DNA of 64,000 bases from Candidatus Nanoarchaeia archaeon (GTDB lineage Archaea > Nanobdellota > Nanobdellia > Woesearchaeales > ARS49), in the NCBI GenBank assembly GCA_041489925.1, contig JBGPSD010000003.1:1993-65992 (forward strand), written 5' to 3'. A program made the position numbers and the translations under genes. Positions 27,501 to 35,855 of this stretch are shown here, in pieces (within the stretch, counting starts at the first letter, position 1; each line of letters begins with the position of its first letter). Below the pieces are notes generated by a model that saw nothing but the letters and a program-made list of their open reading frames with translations, was not told the origin of the DNA and did not search any database.

Positions 27501-28006
27501 TTACTGCATTCAGCCAGCAGAGGGAATTAACAGGCGGCGGAATCTACACCTACAAGGTCAACTGGGCAGGCAACGCAACCAAAGTTTTCAGCGGCTTTGA
27601 AGCCCTGAAGGCTGCGAAGGAAGAAAACAAGACGAACAAAACAGAAAAGAAAGTTGAAAAGGGCGCAAAGGAAGGCGACACAGTGAGCGTTTACTACATC
27701 GGCTCCCTGCTTGATGGCAATGTGTTTGACAGTAGCATAAAGGACTGGAAGAAACAAGGCATCGTCGCGAATTCCTCATTTGACGATTATGAGCTTACAG
27801 GACCGTTGTCATTCAAAATAGGCGCAGGCCAGGTTATTGCGGGCTTTGATGCAGCAGTGCGCGGAATGGATATCAGCGATGAGCAGATTGTGCAGATTCC
27901 GCCCAAGGCAGCATATGGCCTTGACCCCAAGGCTCACGCCCTCGGCAACCAGACACTAAGATTCAAGATAAAGATGGTCCGCATAGAGCCTGCCGCAGCC
28001 AATTAA
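24593..28006 (+). CDS. aglB: Oligosaccharyltransferase AglB (STT3 family) fused to a C-terminal FKBP-type peptidyl-prolyl isomerase
   Basis: DIDPY, HADTD (DxD), TVAE, GVRF, SWWDFGH, DMIGK (DK motif); about 13 TM segments; C-terminal GDTVSVYYIGSLLDGNVFDSS..PLSFKIGAGQVIAGFD..GM..IPPKAAYG. Confidence 0.93.
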   Translation: MPEDDELSVDFGKVGDWFKRKKKPEAEPKPEHQPSLLADKHAAAPHEHPPASVEKKDDELSIDFSKIKSWFAKKEHEPQAHQQKKEDDDISIDFSKIKSWFTKKEHAGKDDDKEDLGFDFSKPWAWIKAHPILIILAVLLIMQFVPNRIDIGGKDWYMPWGGVSMRLRSESLPMTDGWASNHVTTLLKNQLVDAINKQYPNLPDERKQKLVNDEWDKVYKEQKAQIDQQIASVNQQIKEFWMYEADGVKYTYMPDIDPYTYLRYTRNLLEKGTYADEVRDGKLIDNHMVAPLGGGISRELQPYTLLWQYKIMHIFSPKIDLMQAACYFPIIFILLALIPAFFIGRRFAGISGGIITATMVAILPSIIVRTGWGHADTDAYNIFFPLLLTWLYTLMIDAEDLKKIVGLGALSGLVTGIYSFAWPGGWWYVFDFILAAFGILVISEIARNIKHRQKLIEIIKKRAILLVTYIAVSGIFVSLFRSTSEFFNAPLAPLGFTIIKAAAHVSLWPNVYTTVAELNPTDLNGVIGSMGGWLFFWIAVAGMAMLLIKRSNNEWKFDLKYAPLFVLWFIATIYASLKGVRFTLLMAPAFTVVFGIALGRIYNWLVRISIKDLHLNAIVAHAVMIVIVVLMLSGQAKSAYDSSGSDIPIMNDAWWSTLTAIKADSKPDAIINSWWDFGHHFKYVADRAVTFDGASQNTPQAHWIGRTLATDNETEAVGILRMLDCGSNSAFDVINAQFNDPVKSVNLLRKIIVVDRKAALAILAKDGVNEQEQVLKFTHCDPPEDYFIASGDMIGKSGVWSHFGFWNFEKAKLWTILKNQPQETAVQSMMSEWNYTSEQAEQAYFDVQALANENDANAWISPWLGILGEAVDCAAQDDLIGCGNGFIINTSNNDARINTGQGVGKPRVVIQPTADGGFSEIKFNDSNTAVGVLLYPTGPGAYKAVLGSPELLTSIFARLYFLEGHGLQHFTAFSQQRELTGGGIYTYKVNWAGNATKVFSGFEALKAAKEENKTNKTEKKVEKGAKEGDTVSVYYIGSLLDGNVFDSSIKDWKKQGIVANSSFDDYELTGPLSFKIGAGQVIAGFDAAVRGMDISDEQIVQIPPKAAYGLDPKAHALGNQTLRFKIKMVRIEPAAAN

Positions 28007-28059
28007 TGTGATTTCTTTATCCATAACCTTAATAAACCAACCTTTGCTCGTTTCCGTCT

Positions 28060-28752
28060 ATGGGGAATAAGGTATTTATCGTAATTGCAGCGTATAATGA
28101 GCAGAATTCTGTACCCAAAGTCATCAAGGAGCTTCAAAAGGCAGGATACAAGGATATTGTGGTTGTTGATGACGGCAGTAAAGACAAAACTTTCGAGGCA
28201 GCATTGAATGCAGGCGCAACAGTACTGCAGCACATCATAAACCGCGGCCAGGGCGCTGCATTAAAAACAGGTATTGATTATGCATTGGAGCAGGGCGCTG
28301 ACATCATCGTGACTTTTGACGCTGACGGCCAGCACCGCGTGGAAGACATTCCGGCAATGATAAAGCCTGTTGCGGGCGGAAAGGTTGACGTGACATTTGG
28401 CTCAAGATTCCTTACAAAGAAATCGCAGGAAAATGTCCCTTTTGTCAGGAAAGCCTGCCTCAAGGGGGGAATCCTTGTGCTTTGGCTCTTTTATGGCGTC
28501 AGAATGACAGATGCGCACAATGGCTTCCGCGCGCTCTCAAGAAATGCCGCGGAAAAAATCAGAATCACATCAGACCGCATGGCTCATGCCTCTGAAATAG
28601 TTGAGGAAGTCCACCGCCTTGACCTGAAATACAGGGAAGTACCTGTGGTCATCCGCTATACAGAGGAAACCTTGAAGAAGGGGCACGGCTCTTTCATGGA
28701 AGGAGTCAGGATACTTTACACGATGATTATGAAAAAATTCCTTTTGAGGTGA
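28060..28752 (+). CDS. GT2 glycosyltransferase, DPM1-like (polyprenyl-phosphate sugar synthase)
   Basis: AYNE, VVDDGSKD, NRGQGAA, FDADGQH, GSRF, TDAHNGFR. Confidence 0.9.
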   Translation: MGNKVFIVIAAYNEQNSVPKVIKELQKAGYKDIVVVDDGSKDKTFEAALNAGATVLQHIINRGQGAALKTGIDYALEQGADIIVTFDADGQHRVEDIPAMIKPVAGGKVDVTFGSRFLTKKSQENVPFVRKACLKGGILVLWLFYGVRMTDAHNGFRALSRNAAEKIRITSDRMAHASEIVEEVHRLDLKYREVPVVIRYTEETLKKGHGSFMEGVRILYTMIMKKFLLR

Positions 28753-28756
28753 AAAA

Positions 28757-29095
28757 ATGAACATATCAGTCTTGCAGGTTATTGTTGTTGTGTTCGCACT
28801 GTTCGCATGGAGCCGCGCAATGCTCAGGCTGCGCGACAGGCATATTTCATTCAGCGAGTTCCTTTTCTGGACCATAATCTGGGCTGCGGTCATTGTCACC
28901 TCAGTATTGCCTCAGACTGCTGATGTTGTTTCAAAGTTCTTAGGCATCAGCAGGCCGATTGACCTTGCGGTGTACGTCAGCATCCTCTTGCTGTTCTACC
29001 TAGTATTCCGCATTTACGTGAACCAGGACAAGCAGGCGCAGGAAATGACAAAGCTCGTGAGGGAAATTGCAGTCAAGCTGCCAAAGCAAAAATGA
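28757..29095 (+). CDS. DUF2304-family membrane protein
   Basis: Three TM segments, LGISRPID, TKLVREIA; typical partner downstream of a DPM1-like GT2. Confidence 0.8.
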   Translation: MNISVLQVIVVVFALFAWSRAMLRLRDRHISFSEFLFWTIIWAAVIVTSVLPQTADVVSKFLGISRPIDLAVYVSILLLFYLVFRIYVNQDKQAQEMTKLVREIAVKLPKQK

Positions 29096-30207
29096 AAATA
29101 CCCTTAATGCGCTGGATTGATAGGGTTGTCGGCACCATGCTGATAATCCCCATCTGGCGCATATCATTGCCGTTTCCAAAGGCAAAGCTTGAGACAAAGC
29201 GCATTCTCATAATCAAGCTCTGGGCATTGGGAGAAAGCCTGCTGACCTTGCCGATGATACAGGCAATAAAAAAGAAGTATCCAAAAGCAACAATTGATGT
29301 CCTTTGCAGAAGCAGGGTAAAGTCTGTTTACTCAGGCCAGAAATTCATAAGCAGCATAATCAGCGCAGAGCCATTGCATTGGATTGCACTAATTCCCCGG
29401 CTCAGGAAATACGACATCGCGATTGACTGCGAGCCATATCTTAACATCTCAGCACTGCTTGCGTGGTGGCTTGGCAGGCGCAGGATTGGCTTCAGCCACG
29501 GAATCCGCAGCCTGCTTTACACTGACAAAATCAAATATAATGACCAGCAGCACATCACTCTCACTTACATGGACATGGGCGCCCCAATCGGTGTTTCAGG
29601 TGTCCCAGAGCGCCTTGTCCCTGTCGCAACCACCCCTCAGGACGAGAAAAAAGTCCAGTCCCTGTTCAAAGAATGGGGAATCAAAAAGACTGACAAGGTG
29701 GTGTGTATTGCCCCAGGAACTGCAGAGTCATCAAAAAGCAGGATTTGGCTTGCAAAGCGCTTCGCAAAAGTCGCTGACGCGCTTGTGAAAGAGTTCCTTG
29801 TGAAAATAATCATCAGCGGAACAAAAGGGGAGCGCGGTTTCGCAGAGGAAATCGCGAAAAACATGAATTACACCCCGATAATTGCAACAGGAGAGACAAA
29901 TGTCAAGGAATTCGCAGCAATGCTCAAGCGCTGCGCATTAATGATTGGCAATGACTCAGGGCCAATGCACCTCTCAGCGGCAATGGGCACGAAAACAATA
30001 GGCCTTTTTTGCCCGAACACGCCTGTAAGATGGGCGCCTTATGGTCCTGGCAATGATTACGTCTACAAGCCTGTGCTTCCAAAGCCATGCATTAACACGC
30101 ACCTCGGCCAGATGCCTGAGTGCAAGGGCCACAATCACATGAGCTTAATAAAGAGCAGTGATGTGATTGAAAAAGCAAGGAGAATGCTACATGCAGGACA
30201 TAATTAA
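29092..30207 (+). CDS. GT9 family glycosyltransferase (heptosyltransferase-like)
   Basis: IIKLWALGE, APG..RIW, NDSGPMHLSAAMG..LF.P. Confidence 0.88.
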   Translation: MKIPLMRWIDRVVGTMLIIPIWRISLPFPKAKLETKRILIIKLWALGESLLTLPMIQAIKKKYPKATIDVLCRSRVKSVYSGQKFISSIISAEPLHWIALIPRLRKYDIAIDCEPYLNISALLAWWLGRRRIGFSHGIRSLLYTDKIKYNDQQHITLTYMDMGAPIGVSGVPERLVPVATTPQDEKKVQSLFKEWGIKKTDKVVCIAPGTAESSKSRIWLAKRFAKVADALVKEFLVKIIISGTKGERGFAEEIAKNMNYTPIIATGETNVKEFAAMLKRCALMIGNDSGPMHLSAAMGTKTIGLFCPNTPVRWAPYGPGNDYVYKPVLPKPCINTHLGQMPECKGHNHMSLIKSSDVIEKARRMLHAGHN

Positions 30208-30760
30208 GAGCGAAATTCAGGGCTCAATCGCCACAAAGCAGGAAGTTCTTGCAAAGCTGGTCCCTGATTTGGAAAAAACCGCAAATATCCTGATTAATGC
30301 CCTGAAAAACAACAATAAAGTCCTTGTCTGCGGCAATGGCGGCTCAGCAGCAGACGCCCAGCATTTCGCAGCAGAGCTCATTGTCCGCTTTGAGACAGAG
30401 AGAAAGGCGCTTCCTGCAATTGCTTTGACAACTGACTCAAGCATTCTTACTGCAGGAGCAAATGATTATGGCATTGACACTCTTTTTTCGCGCCAAATAG
30501 AAGGATTAGGCAGCAAGGGCGATGTCCTGATAGCAATTTCAACCTCAGGAAACTCGCCCAATATCCTCAAAGCGATAGAGGCTGCAAAAAAGAAAGGAAT
30601 GGAAGTCATTGGCTTGACAGGCAGGGATGCTGGAAAGATGAAATCCCTGCAAATCAACAACATAATCATCCCGTCGCAAATCACAGCAAGAATCCAGGAA
30701 TCTCACATAATGGCAATCCACATCTGGTGCAAATTAATTGATGGGGCATTTAGGCAATAA
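30191..30760 (+). CDS. gmhA: Sedoheptulose-7-phosphate isomerase
   Basis: CGNGGSAADAQHFAAEL, NDYG, STSGNS, RIQESH. Confidence 0.93.
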   Translation: MQDIIKSEIQGSIATKQEVLAKLVPDLEKTANILINALKNNNKVLVCGNGGSAADAQHFAAELIVRFETERKALPAIALTTDSSILTAGANDYGIDTLFSRQIEGLGSKGDVLIAISTSGNSPNILKAIEAAKKKGMEVIGLTGRDAGKMKSLQINNIIIPSQITARIQESHIMAIHIWCKLIDGAFRQ

Positions 30761-30804
30761 ACTTTTAAAGCAAGGTATTGATTGGTTTATCAGGAGTAAA
30801 AATA

Positions 30805-31290
30805 ATGGGAAAGATTGTAACGCGCGAGGAACTTGCAAAAATTGTTGCTGACTTGAAAAATCAGGGTAAAAAGATAGTTACCACCAACGGCACTTTTGAC
30901 CTGATGCACATAGGCCACGTGCGCGCATTGCAGCAGGCAAAATTATTTGGCGATATTCTTATCGTTGGCGTCAATTCTGACAGTTCAGTGAAGCAGTACA
31001 AAGGTGATAAGCGACCAGTAATACCTGAAAAAGAGAGGGCAGAAATGATTGCCTCAATAAGCTGTGTTGATTACGTGACAATCTTCAGTGAAAAAGACCC
31101 GCGCGCACTACTTGAAATTGTCAAGCCAAATTTCCACGTCAAGTCAGGCGACTGGGCTCCAGAGAAGATGATTGAAACAGAAATAGTCAGGAAGAACGGC
31201 GGAGAGGTCAAGATTGTGCCGTTCATAGGCAACTTCTCAACAACCAACATTATCCACAAAATCCGCGAAGTTTACAAGGATACGCCCTGA
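30805..31290 (+). CDS. hldC: D-glycero-beta-D-manno-heptose-1-phosphate adenylyltransferase (RfaE domain II)
   Basis: TNGTFDLMHIGH, GVNSDSSV..YKG..RP, VDYVTIF, STTNII. Confidence 0.85.
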   Translation: MGKIVTREELAKIVADLKNQGKKIVTTNGTFDLMHIGHVRALQQAKLFGDILIVGVNSDSSVKQYKGDKRPVIPEKERAEMIASISCVDYVTIFSEKDPRALLEIVKPNFHVKSGDWAPEKMIETEIVRKNGGEVKIVPFIGNFSTTNIIHKIREVYKDTP

Positions 31291-31336
31291 TAGCGACACC
31301 TTTTTAAACACTACTATTCTGGCTTCGTCGGGGGAG

Positions 31337-31449
31337 TGTCAAGAACCGCCAGTAATGGATACTATTGTAGCGGTTCTTGAGCATGCTCGGAAACTCCGTG
31401 CTCATCCAACAGGATGAAGCAAATTGTTTCCGTGCAGGAGTTTCCGACA
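31337..31449. repeat. Double-hairpin palindromic element between hldC and hldA
   Basis: TCAAGAACCGC/GCGGTTCTTGA and TCGGAAACTCC/GGAGTTTCCGA (two perfect 11-bp inverted repeats) joined by palindrome GAGCATGCTC and closed by TGTC/GACA. Confidence 0.8.
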
Positions 31450-31450
31450 T

Positions 31451-32398
31451 ATGGATACTGCGATAATTGACAAGTTCATTGAAAAGACAATTCTTGTCCT
31501 TGGCGATGTTATGCTCGACAGGTATATCTGGGGCAATGTCGCGAGGATTTCGCCTGAAGCCCCTGTGCCTGTTGTTGAAGTGCAGAACGAGACCTATGCC
31601 CCTGGCGGAGCCGCAAATGCGGCGAACAACATTGTCACGCTTGGTGGAAAGGCAGTGCTTGTCGGAATGGTCGGCGATGACCTTCACGAGGAAATTCTTG
31701 TCAAAGAGCTCGAACAGCGCGGAATTGCCTCGCAACTGGTGCTTGACAGCCGCCCAACAACCACAAAAATAAGGGTTATGGGCATGAAGCAGCAGCTCCT
31801 GAGGATAGACTACGAGCACAAGCACCCGATTGATGAGGAAACAGGAAAAAGAATCATTGACGTGATGAAAGACACCCCTTCTGACGGGATAATAATCTCA
31901 GACTATGCAAAAGGAACTATCACGCAGCAGCTTTACAATGACATACTCCACCTTGCAGAGGCGCTCAAAATCCCTGTTTTCGTTGACGTAAAGCCAAGGC
32001 GCCAGATAAATTATGCAGGGGCGACTGTTGTCAAGACAAATACCAAGGAAGCCTGCGAACTGGCAGGAGTTGAGGAGCACAATGGCGACCAGATTGAGGA
32101 AATAGGCAAAAAGCTTGTCCAGGACCTGAAGTCCAATGTAGTAATAACGCAGGGGGCAAAGGGAGTGAGCATTTTCAGCAAGGATGGAAACATCACTCAC
32201 ATTCCAACAAAGGCAAAGCAGGTCTTTGACGTGACAGGCGCAGGAGACACTTTCCTTGCCGCGTTCGCACTGGCATTTGTAAGCGGCGCAAGCCTGGAAG
32301 ATTCTGCAACAATAGCCAACCACGCAGCAGGAATCAAGGTAGGCAAGGTCGGAACTGCAAGCGTCACTGCAGAAGAACTAAGGCAGGATTTGGAATGA
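31451..32398 (+). CDS. hldA: D-glycero-beta-D-manno-heptose-7-phosphate kinase (RfaE domain I, PfkB family)
   Basis: GDVMLDRY..RISPEAPVPV, PGGAANAA, QQLLRID, ISDYAKG, DVTGAGDT. Confidence 0.92.
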   Translation: MDTAIIDKFIEKTILVLGDVMLDRYIWGNVARISPEAPVPVVEVQNETYAPGGAANAANNIVTLGGKAVLVGMVGDDLHEEILVKELEQRGIASQLVLDSRPTTTKIRVMGMKQQLLRIDYEHKHPIDEETGKRIIDVMKDTPSDGIIISDYAKGTITQQLYNDILHLAEALKIPVFVDVKPRRQINYAGATVVKTNTKEACELAGVEEHNGDQIEEIGKKLVQDLKSNVVITQGAKGVSIFSKDGNITHIPTKAKQVFDVTGAGDTFLAAFALAFVSGASLEDSATIANHAAGIKVGKVGTASVTAEELRQDLE

Positions 32399-32459
32399 TA
32401 AAGCGCGCAATCACCAAGGCAGGGGCAATCATGCTTATTGCAGAAATGAGGCAAAGAAA

Positions 32460-33182
32460 ATGAAAATCTCAGTTGTCATTCCTGCATACAACGAGGAAAA
32501 GCGCCTTCCGAATGCGCTCAGGCAGGTTCAGCGCCACCTTGACCGCAAAGGAGGGGATTATGAGATACTCGTGGTCAATGACGGCAGCAGGGACAGTACT
32601 CAGAAGGTTGTAAAGGAAGCGATGCAGAAGAACAAGCGCATCAAGCTGCTGGAGAATGGGCGCAACCGCGGAAAGGGATACACTGTAAGGCACGGAATGC
32701 AAAAGGCCAAGGGTGACTGGGTGTTGTTCACTGACGCAGACATGTCCACTCCAATACGCGAGCTTGACCGCTTCATGGAGCACACAAAGGACCATGAAAT
32801 CATAATCGGCTCGCGCAACCTTTCACAGTCGCAGATTACGGTAAAACAGCCAAAATTCCGCCAGCTTGCAGGCAAAACATTTCCGTTTGTGGTTCGCGTC
32901 CTTCTTGCCCTGCCAATAAAGGACACGCAGTGCGGGTTCAAGCTGTTCAGCAGGAAAGCTGCAAAGGAATTGTCCTCAATGCAGCGCCTTGAGCGCTGGG
33001 CATTTGATGCAGAGCTGCTGTTCATTGCAAACAGGCGCGGCTATAAAATCAGGGAAGTGCCTGTGGAGTGGGCAAATGATCCCGCAAGCAAACTTAATAT
33101 CGTTGGGGATTCCTGGCGGATGTTCTGCGAGATTCTCCGCGTGAGGAAAAACGCGGCACTTGGATATTACCCGCCCAGATAA
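32460..33182 (+). CDS. GT2 dolichyl-phosphate glycosyltransferase (ALG5/DPG synthase-like)
   Basis: IPAYNEE, NDGSRD, NRGKG, FTDADMSTP, DTQCGFKLF, FDAELL. Confidence 0.9.
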   Translation: MKISVVIPAYNEEKRLPNALRQVQRHLDRKGGDYEILVVNDGSRDSTQKVVKEAMQKNKRIKLLENGRNRGKGYTVRHGMQKAKGDWVLFTDADMSTPIRELDRFMEHTKDHEIIIGSRNLSQSQITVKQPKFRQLAGKTFPFVVRVLLALPIKDTQCGFKLFSRKAAKELSSMQRLERWAFDAELLFIANRRGYKIREVPVEWANDPASKLNIVGDSWRMFCEILRVRKNAALGYYPPR

Positions 33183-33186
33183 GCAA

Positions 33187-34761
33187 ATGAGAAAAGAAAT
33201 AATGCTCGGCATTGGCATTGCTTTGCTGTATTTCGTGGTCCTGCTCATCCAGCTTCCTGATTACGGCATTACCTGGGATGAGCCAATACAATACTCCTCA
33301 GGGCAGGCGTACACCGAGTACTTCAGCGGCAAGCCGCTTGTTGTTGGTGAAATCTCAAACATTGCAAACTACGGCCCTTTCATGGACATTATGGGCTCAT
33401 ACTCCTACATTATCCTGAGCAAGAATCTTGGGCTGATGGACCCGATTTCAGCGCACCGCGTGCCCACTGCATTCATGGCGGCGATTGCTGTTCTTGTTGT
33501 TTATTTGTTTGCCCTGCGCTATTACAACCTTTTTATTGCGATAATCAGCGCATTGGCGCTCGCCTGCTATCCTCATTTTTTTGCGCACGCCCATTTCAAT
33601 GTCAAGGACATCCCTATGGCAGGGATGTATACATTAGTGCTTGTCTTGTGGCACGAAGCCACCCTGAGAAAGAGCTGGAAGTGGTCAATTGCTGCAGGTG
33701 TTGCGCTCGGGCTTGCCGGCGCCACCAAGTTCAATGCCGCATTCATCCCCATTGTGCTGGTTTTGTGGTGGCTGGTGGCATTCCGCGACAAGCTCAAAGT
33801 GGACGGCAAGTTCGTGATCCCAAAACGGTGGGACATTATTGCAGGATTTCTTGTTTCAATCCCTGTCGCAGTCCTTGCCTGGCCGTGGCTGTGGTTTAGC
33901 ACTGTTGAACACGTAAAGGGCATCATTCAAACTTTCTCAAGTGTGGCTAAAGGCTTTGTGGTATTTTACTTTGGCCAGGGATATTCGTCTGGTGTTGATG
34001 TTCCATGGCATTATCCATTCGGCTACCTGTATGCTGTGACGCCGGTGATACTACTGATACTCGCGGTTATTGGGTTCATCATCGCGGTATATGACACAAA
34101 GACACTGAAGAACCGCGCATCAGTACTGGTTTTGCTGTGGTTTCTTGTCGCAACGCTAAAAATCAGCTTCTCAGGAATGGTTTATGACGGAATCAGGCAG
34201 TTCTTTGAGGTCGTTCCTGCGCTTGCCCTGTTCGCAGGCATGGGCGCATGGTTCTGCTTCAGGCTGTCCCGCAGTTTTACTAAAAACATTCTTTCAGCCG
34301 GCAAGTCGCAAGCCGCATTTGGAATCATCCTGCTGCTTTTGCTTTGGCCCACGCTTAGCGCAATGCACCGCCTTCATCCGTATGAAAGCAGTTATTACAA
34401 CGGCTTCATTGGCGGCACGCAAGGCGCTGTTGGCAATCTGCGCGTGAGCTACTGGGGAGAGCCTATAAAAGAAGGCGCAGAATGGCTCAACAAGAACGCA
34501 GAGCGCAATGCGCGCATCAATGCGCTTGAGGTGCCGAATCTCGTACTGTATTATACGCGGCCTGACCTTAGGGTTGGAATGGGGGATGGCGGCGATTACA
34601 TAATTACGCTGAACGCATTCCCTGCCCAGGCGCTGCACACAGTGTATGCCGATGGAGTGCCTATCCTTAATATTTATAAAGCCAATCCGAATGGCAACTT
34701 CACTGATTATAACGTAGAAGATGGCATTGACATCTTCTACAAACACGAGATAAAAAAATGA
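33187..34761 (+). CDS. GT-C fold (ArnT/PMT-like) membrane glycosyltransferase
   Basis: YGITWDE, HFNVKD, ATKF, VPWHY, YDGIRQF, HPYE..YYN; multi-TM. Confidence 0.82.
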   Translation: MRKEIMLGIGIALLYFVVLLIQLPDYGITWDEPIQYSSGQAYTEYFSGKPLVVGEISNIANYGPFMDIMGSYSYIILSKNLGLMDPISAHRVPTAFMAAIAVLVVYLFALRYYNLFIAIISALALACYPHFFAHAHFNVKDIPMAGMYTLVLVLWHEATLRKSWKWSIAAGVALGLAGATKFNAAFIPIVLVLWWLVAFRDKLKVDGKFVIPKRWDIIAGFLVSIPVAVLAWPWLWFSTVEHVKGIIQTFSSVAKGFVVFYFGQGYSSGVDVPWHYPFGYLYAVTPVILLILAVIGFIIAVYDTKTLKNRASVLVLLWFLVATLKISFSGMVYDGIRQFFEVVPALALFAGMGAWFCFRLSRSFTKNILSAGKSQAAFGIILLLLLWPTLSAMHRLHPYESSYYNGFIGGTQGAVGNLRVSYWGEPIKEGAEWLNKNAERNARINALEVPNLVLYYTRPDLRVGMGDGGDYIITLNAFPAQALHTVYADGVPILNIYKANPNGNFTDYNVEDGIDIFYKHEIKK

Positions 34762-35855
34762 TAAAGCAGATTGTAAGGACAATCACGATAAAACAAAAGC
34801 CCGTGCCGGTTGTAAACCCCACAAAAATCTGCATTTTCAAGATGGGGGCAATAGGCGACATAATCCTGACAACGCCAATGGTTCACGCGCTGAGGCAGCG
34901 CTATCCAAAGGCGCGGATTGACTACTGGGTCGGGCAGTGGGCTTCAAAAGCCCTCAAGGGAAACAAGGATGTAAGCCATGTTTTCGTTTTTGATGATGCC
35001 ACATTCATCAACAAGCGCGTTGACCTGGTGATAGCGCTCGCAAGGCAGATTGCGGCCCAGCGCTATGACGCAATGTTCATACTTGACAAGCACTGGTCAT
35101 TGGGCACATTTGGCAGGCTGTGCAATGTGCCAATAAGAATAGGCTTTGACCGCGAGGGAGAGGGGTTTGCGCACACAATCACTGTCCCATTCGGCCCTGC
35201 AAAGCACGAAGTGGATTACTACCTGCAATTGGCTTACAAGGCTGGAGCGAAAAAAGTTGCCCAGCCCAAGCTTGAATTCGAGCTCAGCAATGAAGACAAG
35301 CAGTTTGCAAAGAATTTTTTTGCAGCCCACAATCTCAACCCGAAAAAAACAATCGGAATCATCCCTGGCGGCGCAAAAAACCCAGGTCAGGAACTGCCGA
35401 TAAAGAGGTGGCCTGCTGAATATTACGCCATTGTCGCGCAGGCTTTGGAAAAAGAAGGATGGCGGATAATACTCATTGGAAGGTCTCCTGGCGATGATGA
35501 CGCACTGCAGATAATGAAGGAAACAGTGCCAAATGTTGTCAGCGCAATCAGCAACCTCACATTGCAGCAGTCAGGGGCATTGATGCAGAAATGCAGGATG
35601 ATAGTCTGCAATGACTCAGGACCCCTGCATATGGCGGCTGCAGTGGGCACGCCGACTGTCGCAATCTTCGGCCCGACAGACCCAAAGCGCTGGGCTCCAA
35701 GGGGCAAAAACCATTTGTGGATATGGAACCGCATTGAATGCACCCGCGCAATGATGTACGGTAAGTATGACTCTCCTGGATTGAGGGAAAATATCCTTAA
35801 AGTGCAGCCAAAGCACGTTCTCAAGGCAGTTCATAAGCTGCTGAAACAAAAATGA
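34758..35855 (+). CDS. GT9 family glycosyltransferase (heptosyltransferase-like)
   Basis: KMGAIGDIIL, HEVDY, KRWP, NDSGPLHMAAAVG..FGPTDP. Confidence 0.9.
   Translation: MIKQIVRTITIKQKPVPVVNPTKICIFKMGAIGDIILTTPMVHALRQRYPKARIDYWVGQWASKALKGNKDVSHVFVFDDATFINKRVDLVIALARQIAAQRYDAMFILDKHWSLGTFGRLCNVPIRIGFDREGEGFAHTITVPFGPAKHEVDYYLQLAYKAGAKKVAQPKLEFELSNEDKQFAKNFFAAHNLNPKKTIGIIPGGAKNPGQELPIKRWPAEYYAIVAQALEKEGWRIILIGRSPGDDDALQIMKETVPNVVSAISNLTLQQSGALMQKCRMIVCNDSGPLHMAAAVGTPTVAIFGPTDPKRWAPRGKNHLWIWNRIECTRAMMYGKYDSPGLRENILKVQPKHVLKAVHKLLKQK

Noticed and set aside
29092-35855. True bacterial LPS locus or bacterial contig
   Set aside because: No lpx, kds or waaA genes; contiguous with aglB, GGR and archaeal promoters.
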